A stretch of 64,000 bases of DNA, taken from NCBI GenBank assembly GCA_050014695.1, contig JBEKCV010000006.1:6708-70707 (forward strand). The letters run 5' to 3'. Shown here piece by piece: positions 1-10,898 of the stretch; within the stretch, counting starts at the first letter, position 1; every line of letters begins with the position of its first letter. The translations under genes were made by a program, and so were the position numbers. The notes beneath the pieces were generated by a model, which saw nothing but the letters and a program-made list of their open reading frames with translations, did not search any database and was not told where the DNA came from. The DNA is from Thermodesulfovibrionales bacterium (GTDB lineage Bacteria; Nitrospirota; Thermodesulfovibrionia; Thermodesulfovibrionales; UBA9159).

Positions 1-2
1 GG

Positions 3-167
3 CCGAACACAATTGTGCGGTTCGATCCAAAAATGAGATCCTTTGCCAGCTGGCCCATACCGTCTGGCGGGGGAGTTGTTCGCCACATGGTGAGTACACC
101 AAGCGGTGATCTCTACATCGCTTGCAGCGGCGCAAACAGCGTCGGAATAGTGAAAGTCCGGCAATAA
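3..167 (+). CDS. C-terminal fragment of a virginiamycin B lyase (Vgb)-like beta-propeller protein; gene starts before the window
   Basis: Frame 3 reads PNTIVRFDPKMRSFASWPIPSGGGVVRHMVSTPSGDLYIACSGANSVGIVKVRQ*, resembling Vgb-family C-termini; not in the ORF track. Confidence 0.7.
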   Translation, partial: PNTIVRFDPKMRSFASWPIPSGGGVVRHMVSTPSGDLYIACSGANSVGIVKVRQ

Positions 168-416
168 TGTTATTGGAGGTAGTTTCCCTTCCCTGTGTCA
201 TGAAAGAGCATGGTTCCTGGTGTGCTTTCAAAAAAGGGGAGAACGTGATGTCAAGGAAAAAAGCAACGACCGTCGCTTCTCATCTCGCCATTCAACGACC
301 GAGGATTCCCAGCGACTTTCCTAAAATCTACGCCTTTTTCGTATGTCTGGGCCGATGATTCAACGCCTGTCAGTTCTCTCTGAAAGGCATATCAGAAACG
401 TCGCAAAGGAGAAAGA

Positions 417-1688
417 ATGAAAAAGATCTTTGTCATTGATACAAATGTGCTCATCCACGATCCCGAATCAATCTTTAAGTTCGAGGATAACGATATTGTG
501 ATACCCATCAGTGTTATTGAAGAACTGGATAAACTGAAAAAAGGACAGGGAGAGATACCGCATTCCGCCCGTCATGCATTGAAGCTTATCGACTCGTTAA
601 GAGGAGGTGATAGGGGGGAGCAGCATAACTTGGCAAAAGGGGTTGCGCTACCGAATGGAAAGGGAGGGGCCTTACGCATCGAGACAGAAGAAAGATTTAG
701 GCTCGCGATAAAGGAGTCACCAGACAACAGAATCATAGCCGTCGCTCAAAACCTTGCCTCAGTCAACGAGGCTTTGCCTGTCGCCGTGGTATCCAAGGAC
801 ACCGCGGTGAGGATAAAGGCAGAATCTTTCGGGATTCCCGCCCAGGATTACGAACATGACAAGACCTCAATCTTCAAGCAGTATGGAAGGGTCCTCAGTG
901 ACAGCGATTATCCCAACGGCATACGATCCGTAAGGTACCTGCAAGCAGGCTCCGAGATTTTCCGGGTCCAAGACAAAAACAAGCAGTCCAAGATAAAGAG
1001 TGGCAAAACATTAGAAAACATCTCCCCAAAAAACATAGAGCAGGAATGTGCGATCGATGCGCTCACGAGCCCCGAAGTGGAAATCGTAGCCCTCACGGGA
1101 GCTGCTGGTACCGGGAAGACCCTTCTGGCTTTGGCAGCGGGAATCCACCAGACGGCCAAGAAGTCTCCCCTCTATGAACAGGTTCTGGTGGCACGGCCTA
1201 CGGTAGCCTTAGGCGGAGTCGATATCGGTTATTTGCCGGGAGATATTAAGGAAAAACTCCATCCCTGGATGCAGCCTATCTTTGACAACCTCGAGTTTAT
1301 TGTCAAGACCCCGAGGGACCTGGTGAAAGACCATACGGTGGTTAATAAATACAAAAGCTATCAGTACCTAATAGACATGGATACTGTCCATATCGAGCCG
1401 CTCACTTATATACGGGGACGTTCTCTGCCAAAACGCTACTTTATCGTCGATGAAGCCCAGCAATTACGGCCGATCGATATAAAGACGATCGTCACCCGGT
1501 GCGGGGAAGGAACAAAAATCGTCTTCACGGGAGACCTTGAACAAGTGGACCATCCCTTCCTTGACTCACACTCCAATGGTCTAGCTTACCTGATCAGCAG
1601 GTTTATTAACGAAGTGACCTTCTGCTACCTTAATCTCACTAAAACGGCGCGGTCATCCCTCGCCGAGAGGGCAGCAAAATTATTGTAG
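417..1688 (+). CDS. PIN domain-PhoH family ATPase (PhoH2/YlaK-like)
   Basis: N-terminal PIN motif VIDTNVLIHD...EELD, Walker A GAAGTGKT, PhoH motifs YIRGRSL, IVDEAQ, FTGDLEQ; AAGGGAG RBS. Confidence 0.93.
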   Translation: MKKIFVIDTNVLIHDPESIFKFEDNDIVIPISVIEELDKLKKGQGEIPHSARHALKLIDSLRGGDRGEQHNLAKGVALPNGKGGALRIETEERFRLAIKESPDNRIIAVAQNLASVNEALPVAVVSKDTAVRIKAESFGIPAQDYEHDKTSIFKQYGRVLSDSDYPNGIRSVRYLQAGSEIFRVQDKNKQSKIKSGKTLENISPKNIEQECAIDALTSPEVEIVALTGAAGTGKTLLALAAGIHQTAKKSPLYEQVLVARPTVALGGVDIGYLPGDIKEKLHPWMQPIFDNLEFIVKTPRDLVKDHTVVNKYKSYQYLIDMDTVHIEPLTYIRGRSLPKRYFIVDEAQQLRPIDIKTIVTRCGEGTKIVFTGDLEQVDHPFLDSHSNGLAYLISRFINEVTFCYLNLTKTARSSLAERAAKLL

Positions 1689-1979
1689 CGCTGACAATGC
1701 CGCTAGGAACATCGACCAAGAGGCTTTTGGTGAAGGGTCCGCATAGGTAATTTCAATACTATTGATTTCTGCAATAGGCTATAGCAATGCTAAAAAGTGT
1801 ACTTACGCAATGCAAAACATTCATGAATAATATAGGCTAAAAATGTTTTACACTGGAGCAACTGATTAAGGTTGAGGGATAACCCCGGAATAATTTTTCA
1901 GGAATAATATGTTGGGGAAGGTCTTCGTGAAGGATTTACGAATGCTGCATGCAGCATTTTGAGATGGGAAACATCGTGG

Positions 1980-3719
1980 TCACACACTGGCTCTAAATGC
2001 CTTGAGGTTCATCTGGAGATATCTCGATCCGTTCCATTCATTGATAGTTGGCGTAAACACAACATCCACAGAGGTACTGGAGAGGCTTTCGAAGAGGCTG
2101 CCCATGGCAAAACCGATAGCATCAAGAGATGAAGACTTCTGTTTCAATTTCATTTTGATGTGATTGTTACCGACGATCCTCGGATTAAGGATATCGAGTC
2201 TCCGCGCACCGAGGAGCGGCTCGGGATTGCCGTAACCGAAGGGTTCGAGCGAAGACAGTTCCCGTATGAGACCGGCGTTGACCTCTGAAAGGGTAACTTC
2301 TGCGTCTATCGCTACGGTTGGAATGAAGTCTTCCTTTTCAAGGGAATCCCTCACAATTCCGTTTATCCTCTCTTCAAACGCGGGGAGGTTCGAGACATAG
2401 AGCCTAACGCCTGCCGCCTGTTTATGTCCGCCGAATTCAATGAGAATATCTCTGCATTCTGAGAGCCCTTTACAGAGGTCAAAGCCCGGCACGCTTCTGA
2501 CCGAACCTTTGGCGACATCATCTGTAACGGTAAACACAAAAGCGGGCCTATAAAATTCCTCTGCGATCCTTGACGCCACAATACCGACGACACCCGTGTG
2601 CCATCCCTTGCCGTGAAGAACAATGGCAGCGTCATATCCTTTCGCGTTCACTTGGGAAAGCGCCTCTCGGTAAACCGCCTCTTCTATCCGCTGCCTTTCA
2701 GTATTCATCCGGTCGAGTCCGTCAGCGATACACGATGTTTCTTCCGCGGAATCAGAAAGAAAAAGACGTATCACATCGACGGCATCACCGATCCTCCCCA
2801 CAGCGTTGATCCTCGGTACCATGGTGAAGGACAAAAGTGCAGCCCTCAGATCTCGTTCGCCGAGCCCGGATACCTGTAGTAATGACTTTATACCAGGCCT
2901 GTTCGCGTTCCGGATATACCCTAACCCTTGCTTAAGGATTATCCTGTTTTCGTTGATGAGGGGAACCACATCAGCAATAGTCCCAAGGGCAGCGAGGTCG
3001 AGTAAAGAGAGGGAGTCGTCAACAATGAATGGCAAGTCATGATCGAGGGCAAATGCCTGTGCTACTTTAAAGGCCACTCCGGCCCCTGAAAGAGTCGCCG
3101 TGCGGCAGTTGGCAGCTCCCAGTTTCGGGTTTACAAGAGCAACAGCATCCGGCAATAACAACTCCTGGCTTCTGGGGTCTGACTGTTGGGTGCCGACTGC
3201 CGACTGTCTTATGGGCTCATGATGGTCTGTAATAATGACTGCGATCCCTTTTTCCTTTGCATAGGCAACTGCATCCAGAGAGGTTATCCCGCAGTCTACC
3301 GTGATGATAAGCTTTACTCCGAGCGCCTCGGCCATATCAACAGCAGGGGGATTGAACCCATATCCGTGCGTCAGCCTGCTTGGGATGAAATAATGGACAT
3401 CCATGCCCATGGTTTTCAGGGCGTGCACCATGATCGCTGTGGATGTCAGGCCGTCCGTATCATAGTCCCCGTGGACAAGGACACGTTCTCTCCGGGATAG
3501 AGCATTCTTTATTCTTTCCACAGCGACCTTCATATCAGGAAGTTCGAATGGGTCCGAGAGTCCGGTAAGCGCCGGATTCAGAAAGGAATTGACAGCACCC
3601 GCAGTCTTTATGCCCCTGTTGATTAAAATCTGGGCGAGGACAGGGGATATCGATGCGGCCTTTGTGAGATAATTGACATACTCAGGGTTAGTCCTGTTTA
3701 CGAGCCACCGCTTGTTCAT
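1980..3719 (-). CDS. recJ: Single-stranded DNA exonuclease RecJ
   Basis: GDYDTDG, ITVDCG, TDHH, GTIADVVPL, PRINAVGR and GGHKQAAG motifs; likely start MNKRW at 3719. Confidence 0.96.
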   Translation of the reverse strand: MNKRWLVNRTNPEYVNYLTKAASISPVLAQILINRGIKTAGAVNSFLNPALTGLSDPFELPDMKVAVERIKNALSRRERVLVHGDYDTDGLTSTAIMVHALKTMGMDVHYFIPSRLTHGYGFNPPAVDMAEALGVKLIITVDCGITSLDAVAYAKEKGIAVIITDHHEPIRQSAVGTQQSDPRSQELLLPDAVALVNPKLGAANCRTATLSGAGVAFKVAQAFALDHDLPFIVDDSLSLLDLAALGTIADVVPLINENRIILKQGLGYIRNANRPGIKSLLQVSGLGERDLRAALLSFTMVPRINAVGRIGDAVDVIRLFLSDSAEETSCIADGLDRMNTERQRIEEAVYREALSQVNAKGYDAAIVLHGKGWHTGVVGIVASRIAEEFYRPAFVFTVTDDVAKGSVRSVPGFDLCKGLSECRDILIEFGGHKQAAGVRLYVSNLPAFEERINGIVRDSLEKEDFIPTVAIDAEVTLSEVNAGLIRELSSLEPFGYGNPEPLLGARRLDILNPRIVGNNHIKMKLKQKSSSLDAIGFAMGSLFESLSSTSVDVVFTPTINEWNGSRYLQMNLKAFRASV

Positions 3720-3804
3720 GCACTTCGCAATGAGCAATCCATACCGACTGACGAGTCCCTTTCTCCCGACTCATCTTCGTTACGCATAGCGAATGACGCT
3801 TTCA

Positions 3805-4713
3805 TTATCTGGCAAACGGTCTTTTCCTTCTCCAGATAAGCACAATGGGGCTCGCGACAAAGATAGATGAGTACGTCCCGACAATGACGCCGAGGATCAT
3901 GGCAAGCGCAAAATCATGGATCACCTCTCCACCGAAAAAGAAAAGCGAGAGGGAACTGAGAAGCACCGTAAAGGAAGTCACAATGGTCCTCGAAAGGACT
4001 TCATTGATACTCCTATTCATAACAACCTGCGCCGGCTCCTTGAAATTGGCGCGGAAGTTCTCACGTATCCTGTCAAATACAACCACCGTGTCCGTAAGGG
4101 AATATCCTGCGATCGTCAGAAGAGCGGTTACGAGGATAAGATTGATCTCCTTCCCAAGGAAAAAGAATACGGCCAAAACGGCAAGTACATCATGAAAAGT
4201 GGCGACCGTGGCCCCGACAGCAAAATCGAATTTGAACCGGATGGCGATGTAGACGAGTATGCCGAGGGTCGCCACAGCAATTGCTTGCGCAGCATCGGTC
4301 CGCAGTTTCCCGCCGACTTTAGGTCCGATAACCGTGATTGAATCCACGACATATTTGTTGCCAGGAAACTTCTGACTGATAACCCCCGTTATGGTATCTG
4401 ATACCTGTCCGAATTGCTGCTCGGTCTTCTTCACCCTGATGAGTATCTTTTGCACGGCAGGGAGGTCCTGGAGGTCAAAATCTCTGACACCGCTGTCTTC
4501 GAGGGTCTTTCTCAAATCATGGAGGCTCATCGGTTGCTCGAACTTGAGCTGCAATGCTGTGCCTCCTGCAAAGTCGATACCGAGGTTCGCCTTGCCATTG
4601 GCGATCTGCACGATGGTGATGATCCCTATGATCGACAGGATACCGGAGAATACGAATGCAATTCTTCTTTTTCCAAGGAAATCGATCTTTGTGTTTTTTA
4701 TGAGTTCTAACAT
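3805..4713 (-). CDS. secF: Protein translocase subunit SecF
   Basis: GIDFAGGT, FHDVL, GYSLTDTVVVFDRIREN; follows secD. Confidence 0.97.
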   Translation of the reverse strand: MLELIKNTKIDFLGKRRIAFVFSGILSIIGIITIVQIANGKANLGIDFAGGTALQLKFEQPMSLHDLRKTLEDSGVRDFDLQDLPAVQKILIRVKKTEQQFGQVSDTITGVISQKFPGNKYVVDSITVIGPKVGGKLRTDAAQAIAVATLGILVYIAIRFKFDFAVGATVATFHDVLAVLAVFFFLGKEINLILVTALLTIAGYSLTDTVVVFDRIRENFRANFKEPAQVVMNRSINEVLSRTIVTSFTVLLSSLSLFFFGGEVIHDFALAMILGVIVGTYSSIFVASPIVLIWRRKRPFAR

Positions 4714-4721
4714 CTCGCCTC

Positions 4722-6344
4722 CTATATGCTCAACTTCCTGACCTCTTTCCTGCTGTTGATGAGGTCTAACACGGATTTTGTTCCAATAAGCGCTGTGAAG
4801 AGGTTTATGGCGACGCCGAGACTCAGGGTCACGGCAAAACCCTTTATCGGTCCCGTACCAAACTGAAAAAGAACAGCGGCGGTGATGAGTGTCGTCACGT
4901 GGGAGTCAAATATGGTCCAGAAGGCCTTGTCATATCCTGAATCAACTGCGGCCCGCGGGGTTTTCCCCGCCTTTATCTCATCCCTCATCCTCTCAAACAT
5001 CAGAACGTTGGAATCCACCGCCATACCGATGGCGAGGATGACGCCTGCGATACCCGGCATTGTCAGTGTGGCGTTCAGCAACGCCATGGCACCGATAAGC
5101 AGTATTATGTTGAGGAGAAGCGCGAAGTCGGCGATGACACCTGACAGTCTGTAATAGAGGATCATGAAGAGTACTACGAGAAAAGTCCCTATAATGCCTG
5201 CCCGCTTGCCTGCCTCGATGGAGTCTGATCCCAGTGACGGCCCCACCGTGACATTCTGGAGAGACTTTAACGGAGCGGGCAGTGCGCCAGCCCTGAGGAC
5301 TATTGCAAGATCCCTCGCCTCATCCATGGAGAATCTGCCGGTGATCTGAGCATTGCCGCCCGCTATCCTCTCCTGGATCACCGGCGCTGAATAGATGGAG
5401 CCATCGAGGATTATGGCAAGCCGCTTTTTCACGTTTGCAGCGGTAATATCTTCAAAGAGTTTTGCTCCAGCTGCATTGAAGATAATCGAGACATACGGCT
5501 CATTGAACCGCTGATCAATAGAAACTTTGGCGTCAGAGAGCAGGTCACCCGTCATTAATGTCTGTTTTTTCAGAAGGATGGGCCTTTTTGTGACTTCGCC
5601 GGTCTCTCTATTGGTACTTTTCTCAAAGAGGATCTCATCGTCGGGAGGCACTTTTTCTGAAAATTTTTTCAGGAGGGCTTCTTCCTCCCCCGGTTTTACG
5701 ACTGCTGGCAGCTCAGCTGCCACAGGGGTAGCGTCGTCAACCAGTTTAAATTCGAGCTGGGCCGTCTTCCCGATTATTTCTATCGCCCTCTTGGGATCCT
5801 TTACCCCGGGAAGCTGGACGACTATCTCGTTGACTCCCTGACGGTAAATGGTCGGTTCCGCGACACCGAACTGATCGACCCTGTTGCGGATGGTCTCGAG
5901 AGCCTGATCGGTAGCTGTATCCCTTATCCTGGTTGCTTCCTTGTCGGAAAGCTTATAAACGAGTTTTGTACCTGTCTCCACAGGGCTCAACAAAGGATAG
6001 TTATCCTCAACCGCCTTCCTCACATCTATGGAATTCGGCGTGATGGCTATCAGAAGGCCGTTTCTGCTTATATCGGCAGACAGTTTCTTCTTCGCCAGAA
6101 TGTCCCGCAATGACTGTTCAATCCTCTCCGTTGTTATCTCAACAGCCCTGTCTCCTTCAACCTCGAAGACGAGATACACTCCACCCTGGAGGTCAAGCCC
6201 TAAGGTTATGCCCTTACTCGGCATAGCGCTCTTCCACCATTCAGGCATATACTGGAATACCGCGGTGTTGGGAAGAAAGCATACGATGGCAATAAGAATG
6301 AAAAAACCGATCAGAGCAAATTTCCAGAGAATCTTCTTCTTCAT
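4722..6344 (-). CDS. secD: Protein translocase subunit SecD
   Basis: [35 protein letters not shown]; start placed at MKKKILW (6344). Confidence 0.97.
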   Translation of the reverse strand: MKKKILWKFALIGFFILIAIVCFLPNTAVFQYMPEWWKSAMPSKGITLGLDLQGGVYLVFEVEGDRAVEITTERIEQSLRDILAKKKLSADISRNGLLIAITPNSIDVRKAVEDNYPLLSPVETGTKLVYKLSDKEATRIRDTATDQALETIRNRVDQFGVAEPTIYRQGVNEIVVQLPGVKDPKRAIEIIGKTAQLEFKLVDDATPVAAELPAVVKPGEEEALLKKFSEKVPPDDEILFEKSTNRETGEVTKRPILLKKQTLMTGDLLSDAKVSIDQRFNEPYVSIIFNAAGAKLFEDITAANVKKRLAIILDGSIYSAPVIQERIAGGNAQITGRFSMDEARDLAIVLRAGALPAPLKSLQNVTVGPSLGSDSIEAGKRAGIIGTFLVVLFMILYYRLSGVIADFALLLNIILLIGAMALLNATLTMPGIAGVILAIGMAVDSNVLMFERMRDEIKAGKTPRAAVDSGYDKAFWTIFDSHVTTLITAAVLFQFGTGPIKGFAVTLSLGVAINLFTALIGTKSVLDLINSRKEVRKLSI

Positions 6345-6604
6345 TGTGTCTTCCTGACCTCCTAAGCCATTCTTGAGTTGTTTGATAAACGGATTACATT
6401 CGCAGACAATGACCCGAGCAGCCTCTCTGTAACCGGCCATTCTTACGGTGGATAGTTCGACGCACTCTATGCCAGGGAAAAGATATCACGATGCCTGACG
6501 CCCTGTTTCATGTTATCCCATGGCACCAAGGCATCTGTCAGACGGCTCGACGTCCCGTCAGCTCCATCGTGTTCTCCCGAAAGGGCTCTTTCCCCTGACC
6601 TCGA

Positions 6605-6940
6605 TCAATCCTCCTCTGATGCAGGTCTCACGGACGCGATATATCCTTTTCCAAATTTGACCTTCACATTTTCCGATATCTTCAGTATTACGGTATTGGT
6701 GGCAACCTTATCCACAACGGCATAAATACCACCGGACGTGATCACCTTGTCGCCCTGTTTCAGGTTTTCCATCATCTGTTTATGTTCCTTCGCCCTCTTC
6801 TGCTGAGGCCTGATGAGAAGGAAGTAAAAGATGACGAAGATCAGGATTAGCGGCAAAAAACTCGTGAACATTGCCCCGGCGCCTCCAGCCTGTCCGGCCT
6901 GCGGTGCTGGACCCATTGCATAAGCGATATCTGATACCAT
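6605..6940 (-). CDS. yajC: Preprotein translocase subunit YajC
   Basis: FYFLLIRPQQKR and GDKVITSGGI; upstream of secDF. Confidence 0.96.
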   Translation of the reverse strand: MVSDIAYAMGPAPQAGQAGGAGAMFTSFLPLILIFVIFYFLLIRPQQKRAKEHKQMMENLKQGDKVITSGGIYAVVDKVATNTVILKISENVKVKFGKGYIASVRPASEED

Positions 6941-6987
6941 GGAACACCCCCGAAAATTAATTTACTATACTAAACGTTTCAGCTCAT

Positions 6988-7806
6988 TTAATCAACATTA
7001 TTTCTATACCCGACCACTGATATCCCGGCCTTATCAGCGCTCGGAAGCAGCACATCCTTCTGGAGGAGTATCGTCTTTTCAGCCTCGAGCGCAAGGACCC
7101 TCGCTTTTGCGGCGACCATCGCGTGCAGCGTAGCGAGCCCAACGACGGGCACATCAAACCTCATATCCTGGTTTGGCTTGGACACTTTTACCACAACAGC
7201 GCCACCAGCGGCGTAATGACCGCCCCTCTTGATCGCTTCATCCGTTCCCTCGATGGCCTCAACAGCCATGACGGCCTGATCCTTGACAACAACTGTCTGC
7301 CCTATATCGAGTTTCCCCATCCCCTTTGCAATTTTCCAGCCAAAGGTAATGTCCTTGAATTCGACATCAGTGGGCCTGCTTTTGGTCAGAAACCCTTCCG
7401 GCGTGAGCATCTGTGAACAAAAATCCGTAGTGTTCAAAAGCGTTATGCCTTCTTTTTCGAGTTCCCTCGTGAGCGCAAGAAGAATGGAGTCATCACCTCT
7501 GTCCTTCAGCGTGAAGAGCAATTTCATCGCCCTTAAATCCGGCGTTATCCTGCTTTTGTAAAGGAGTGATTTCGGCACCTTCCCGGCCATGACAGCCTTT
7601 CTTATCCCGGAACGCTTCAGGTATTCGATAATCTTGCCGAGTTTACCTACATTTATCCACGTTATATCGTCCACACAAGCCGAAAGAGCCTTGTCCGCCA
7701 GCGGCTCCAGAGCCACTGCCATGACGTGGAATCCCTTTGCCTTCGCCTCGAGAGCAACGGCCTTAGGGAGTTCACCCATCCCCGATATTAAACCGATCTT
7801 CTTCAT
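6988..7806 (-). CDS. lpxI: UDP-2,3-diacylglucosamine diphosphatase LpxI
   Basis: LDIGQTVVV, AVEAIEGTD, KPNQDMRFDVPVVG; follows lpxA; start placed at MKKIGL. Confidence 0.93.
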   Translation of the reverse strand: MKKIGLISGMGELPKAVALEAKAKGFHVMAVALEPLADKALSACVDDITWINVGKLGKIIEYLKRSGIRKAVMAGKVPKSLLYKSRITPDLRAMKLLFTLKDRGDDSILLALTRELEKEGITLLNTTDFCSQMLTPEGFLTKSRPTDVEFKDITFGWKIAKGMGKLDIGQTVVVKDQAVMAVEAIEGTDEAIKRGGHYAAGGAVVVKVSKPNQDMRFDVPVVGLATLHAMVAAKARVLALEAEKTILLQKDVLLPSADKAGISVVGYRNNVD

Positions 7807-7913
7807 TTTTTTTTGCGGCTGAGATCGCTTTGTCGCGCCCGTCCGGTCGCCATAACAGCTCATTGATTGTTGAGGGCGTGGCAAAGCAATTTCGCATGTC
7901 TGCCCGTCTTATC

Positions 7914-8693
7914 TTATCTGCAGACCCCCCGCTTATTTTTTTCTATGAACTCGACAAGATGTCTTATTTCCTGTGTGTCAGGGAGTTCTGTCCGGATCTT
8001 TTTGATGGCATCTTTCAACGTCCTTTTCTCCCTGAATAGAATCTTGTATGCCGTTTTCAGCGCATGAATGCTCGCCTCAGAGAACCCGTGCCTCTTCAGC
8101 CCCACAGTATTTAAGCCGTAAAGCCTTGCCCTGGCCCCTGATGCCATGGTATAGGGTGGTATGTCCTGTCCTATACCGCTAAAGCCGCCCACCATCGAGT
8201 AGGCGCCGATCGTCGTGAATTGGTGGACCGCAACAAGCCCTCCGATGAAAGCGTAGTCCTCAACCGTGACATGGCCTGCGAGGGTTGCCACATTCGACAT
8301 GATGGTATGCTTGCCAATCTTGCAATCGTGGGCGATATGAACATAGGCCATGAGGAAGTTATGGTCACCAATGACGGTTAATCCATTCCCACTCACGGAA
8401 GCCCTGTGGATCGTTGTATATTCCCGTATGATGTTGCCATTGCCGATGACGACACCGGTCTCTTCATTCTTGTACTTCAAGTCCTGCGGCGGAAGGCCGA
8501 TACTCGTGAAGGGATATACCGTGCATCCTTCGCCGATTTCCGTCTGTCCCTCCATCATAACATTGGATATAAGCTTTGTCCCCTTCCTGATGCTTACCTT
8601 TCCCTTTATAATGCAGAACGGACCGATGGAAACTTCCTTATCTATGGATGCTTCTCTGTCTATAATCGCTGTTGGGTGTATCTCTTTTGCCAT
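7914..8693 (-). CDS. lpxA: UDP-N-acetylglucosamine O-acyltransferase LpxA
   Basis: IHPTAII, PPQDLKY, HIAHDC, hexapeptide repeats. Confidence 0.97.
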   Translation of the reverse strand: MAKEIHPTAIIDREASIDKEVSIGPFCIIKGKVSIRKGTKLISNVMMEGQTEIGEGCTVYPFTSIGLPPQDLKYKNEETGVVIGNGNIIREYTTIHRASVSGNGLTVIGDHNFLMAYVHIAHDCKIGKHTIMSNVATLAGHVTVEDYAFIGGLVAVHQFTTIGAYSMVGGFSGIGQDIPPYTMASGARARLYGLNTVGLKRHGFSEASIHALKTAYKILFREKRTLKDAIKKIRTELPDTQEIRHLVEFIEKNKRGVCR

Positions 8694-9169
8694 TATGACT
8701 CCCCGCCTTTATCCCTGGATATTTCCCGGGCCTTCTTCATCCCTTCCCTCTTGAGTACCATTGCTGTGAAGTCTGCCTCTGCGACAACCTTGTTATCCAC
8801 GAGGGCACTCCCGGAAAATTTCCAGACATTCCCTCTCCTTTGACGTACGGTAATCTCGAGTCGCAGCTGATCCCCTGGAACAACAGGTTTCCTGAACTTC
8901 GCCTGCTCAATGCTCATAAAATAGACCTCGTCACCATGAACACCGGAGCGGAATGCCATTATCCCCGCAACCTGGGCCATTGCTTCCACGATCAACACTC
9001 CGGGCATGATAGGGTTTCCGGGGAAATGCCCTGCGAAGAAGGGCTCATTGACGGTGACATTCTTTATGCCAACAGACCTTTGTCCGGGTTCCAATTCAAT
9101 GATCTTATCGACCATGAGAAACGGATACCTGTGGGGAAGAATATCCTGAATCTCCTTATTCGCTATCAT
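8693..9169 (-). CDS. fabZ: 3-hydroxyacyl-ACP dehydratase FabZ
   Basis: LPHRYPFLMVD, GHFPGNPIMPGVLIVEAMAQ; start MIANKE after GGAGG. Confidence 0.96.
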   Translation of the reverse strand: MIANKEIQDILPHRYPFLMVDKIIELEPGQRSVGIKNVTVNEPFFAGHFPGNPIMPGVLIVEAMAQVAGIMAFRSGVHGDEVYFMSIEQAKFRKPVVPGDQLRLEITVRQRRGNVWKFSGSALVDNKVVAEADFTAMVLKREGMKKAREISRDKGGES

Positions 9170-10184
9170 TGTACCTCCCTTCCAACCGGTTGAGTTTTTC
9201 CTCCAGTTCTCTGATCTTCTTATGCAGCTCCGGAAGCCTTGCAAAGAGCGCCGATGCCTTGAGCCAATCCCGGTGAGCAATAGCGGGACTGCCGGAATAA
9301 ACGCCTTTTGTGAGATTCCCTAAAACTCCCGATTGCGCTCCAACCATGGTGCCGTCGCTTATCCGGACATGATCAGGAATCCCGACCTGCCCTCCCAGGA
9401 CTACAAGATTTCCGATCTCTGAACTGCCCCCGATTCCCACCTGAGCAACAACAATTGAGTTTTCTCCGATCCTTACGTTATGAGCGATCTGTACGAGGTT
9501 ATCGATCTTTGTTCCGTTGCCGATAATCGTATCGTTTGTAGTTGCCCTGTCTATCGTCACATTAGCTCCTATCTCGACGTCGTCTCCAACGATAACACCG
9601 CCCACCTGCGGAATCTTGTAATGCCTTCCGCCTTCAAAGACATAGCCAAAACCATCGGAACCGATTACCGAACCCGAATGAATGATCACCTTGCTGCCGA
9701 TCTTGACCTTTTCGCGAATGGTCACGTTCGGGTACAGGGTGCACCCATGGCCAATGGTGGTTCCACTGCCGACGAAGACCCCCGGATAAATAATCGTCTT
9801 TTCACCTATCACCACCCCGTCAGAGATATAGGCAAAGGGACAGATCGAGACATCCCTCCCAATCACTGCCTGGTCGGATACAAACGCCATCTCGCTGATG
9901 CCGGGAAAGGGGGATGGCTTCACCATAAAGAGTTCAAGGAGCTGTGCAAAGGCGTACAAGGGGTTTTTCACCCTGATCTGCGGTTTCTGTAATTCCGGGA
10001 TGAAATCCTTGACCACGACAGAGGAGACATTGCTTTGCGCACATTGCTTCGTGAATCTGAGATCCGCGAGGAAAGTTATGTCTCCCGCTTTTGCGTCCTG
10101 GACAGAAGCCGCTCCCTGAATCTCAATGTCCGGATCCCCGTTCACCTCTGCTTTGAGCATCGCCGCAATTTCTCCGAGTTTCAT
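9156..10184 (-). CDS. lpxD: UDP-3-O-acylglucosamine N-acyltransferase LpxD
   Basis: GSDGFGY, KIPQVG, TKIDNLVQIAHNV, hexapeptide repeats. Confidence 0.97.
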   Translation of the reverse strand: MKLGEIAAMLKAEVNGDPDIEIQGAASVQDAKAGDITFLADLRFTKQCAQSNVSSVVVKDFIPELQKPQIRVKNPLYAFAQLLELFMVKPSPFPGISEMAFVSDQAVIGRDVSICPFAYISDGVVIGEKTIIYPGVFVGSGTTIGHGCTLYPNVTIREKVKIGSKVIIHSGSVIGSDGFGYVFEGGRHYKIPQVGGVIVGDDVEIGANVTIDRATTNDTIIGNGTKIDNLVQIAHNVRIGENSIVVAQVGIGGSSEIGNLVVLGGQVGIPDHVRISDGTMVGAQSGVLGNLTKGVYSGSPAIAHRDWLKASALFARLPELHKKIRELEEKLNRLEGRYNDSE

Positions 10185-10204
10185 AGAGTCCTGAGGGTGG
10201 AAAA

Positions 10205-10771
10205 TTATTTCTTTTCCTTATTCTCCGTCCTCAACTCATTATACTTTTTTAGCACGCGTTCTGTGAGATCGAGATCTTTGTTTGTGTACAGAATGATGCC
10301 TTCAACATTCTCAAGGATAAGCGAGTAATTCTCTTCCTTTCCGATCTTCTCAACGATCTCCCTCAGTTCTTTGATGATCGACTCGGTGTACTTGTCTTCT
10401 TTCTTCTTCACCTCGGCCTGAGAATCCTGAACAAGCCTCTGGTAATCCCTGAGCAGTCTCTCTATTTCATCTTCCTTTGCCTTTTTTGCCTCTCCCGAAA
10501 GCACCGAGGACTGTTTCTCTAATTCCCCCTTCAGCTTTTCAACGGTCTTTCCCTTTTCGTCTATGGCCACCTGCTTCGTCTTTATCAAGGATTCCAGTTC
10601 CGCTTTTGCCTTCTTGCCCTCATTCGACTCATTGAGTGCAACCCTGAGATCCACATAACCAATTCTCACAAGATCCGCGGCAAATGAACCCCTCACTGTG
10701 GCTGTTGCAATAAGCATTACTGTGCACATCAAAACAAAGGCATACATCTTCCCGTCTCTTTTTGTATTCAT
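10205..10771 (-). CDS. skp: Periplasmic chaperone Skp/OmpH
   Basis: Signal peptide, IGYVDL, coiled coil, DLTERVL; lies between bamA and lpxD. Confidence 0.93.
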   Translation of the reverse strand: MNTKRDGKMYAFVLMCTVMLIATATVRGSFAADLVRIGYVDLRVALNESNEGKKAKAELESLIKTKQVAIDEKGKTVEKLKGELEKQSSVLSGEAKKAKEDEIERLLRDYQRLVQDSQAEVKKKEDKYTESIIKELREIVEKIGKEENYSLILENVEGIILYTNKDLDLTERVLKKYNELRTENKEKK

Positions 10772-10898
10772 CCTTTCCTCCTTTTTCTGTAATCGAGCTT
10801 TAAGCTATGTCAGAGGGATTTTTATTCCATATCGTAGGCCAGGCGAGATTCAGATTGTCTTCCCCTACGAGCTCTGCGGTACCCCATTGTCGTCTTTT

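Noticed and set aside
1795-1842. AT-rich stretch (acttacgcaa, catgaataatataggcta) reminiscent of IS ends
   Set aside because: No partner inverted repeat, target duplication or transposase in the window; an ISfinder search would be needed
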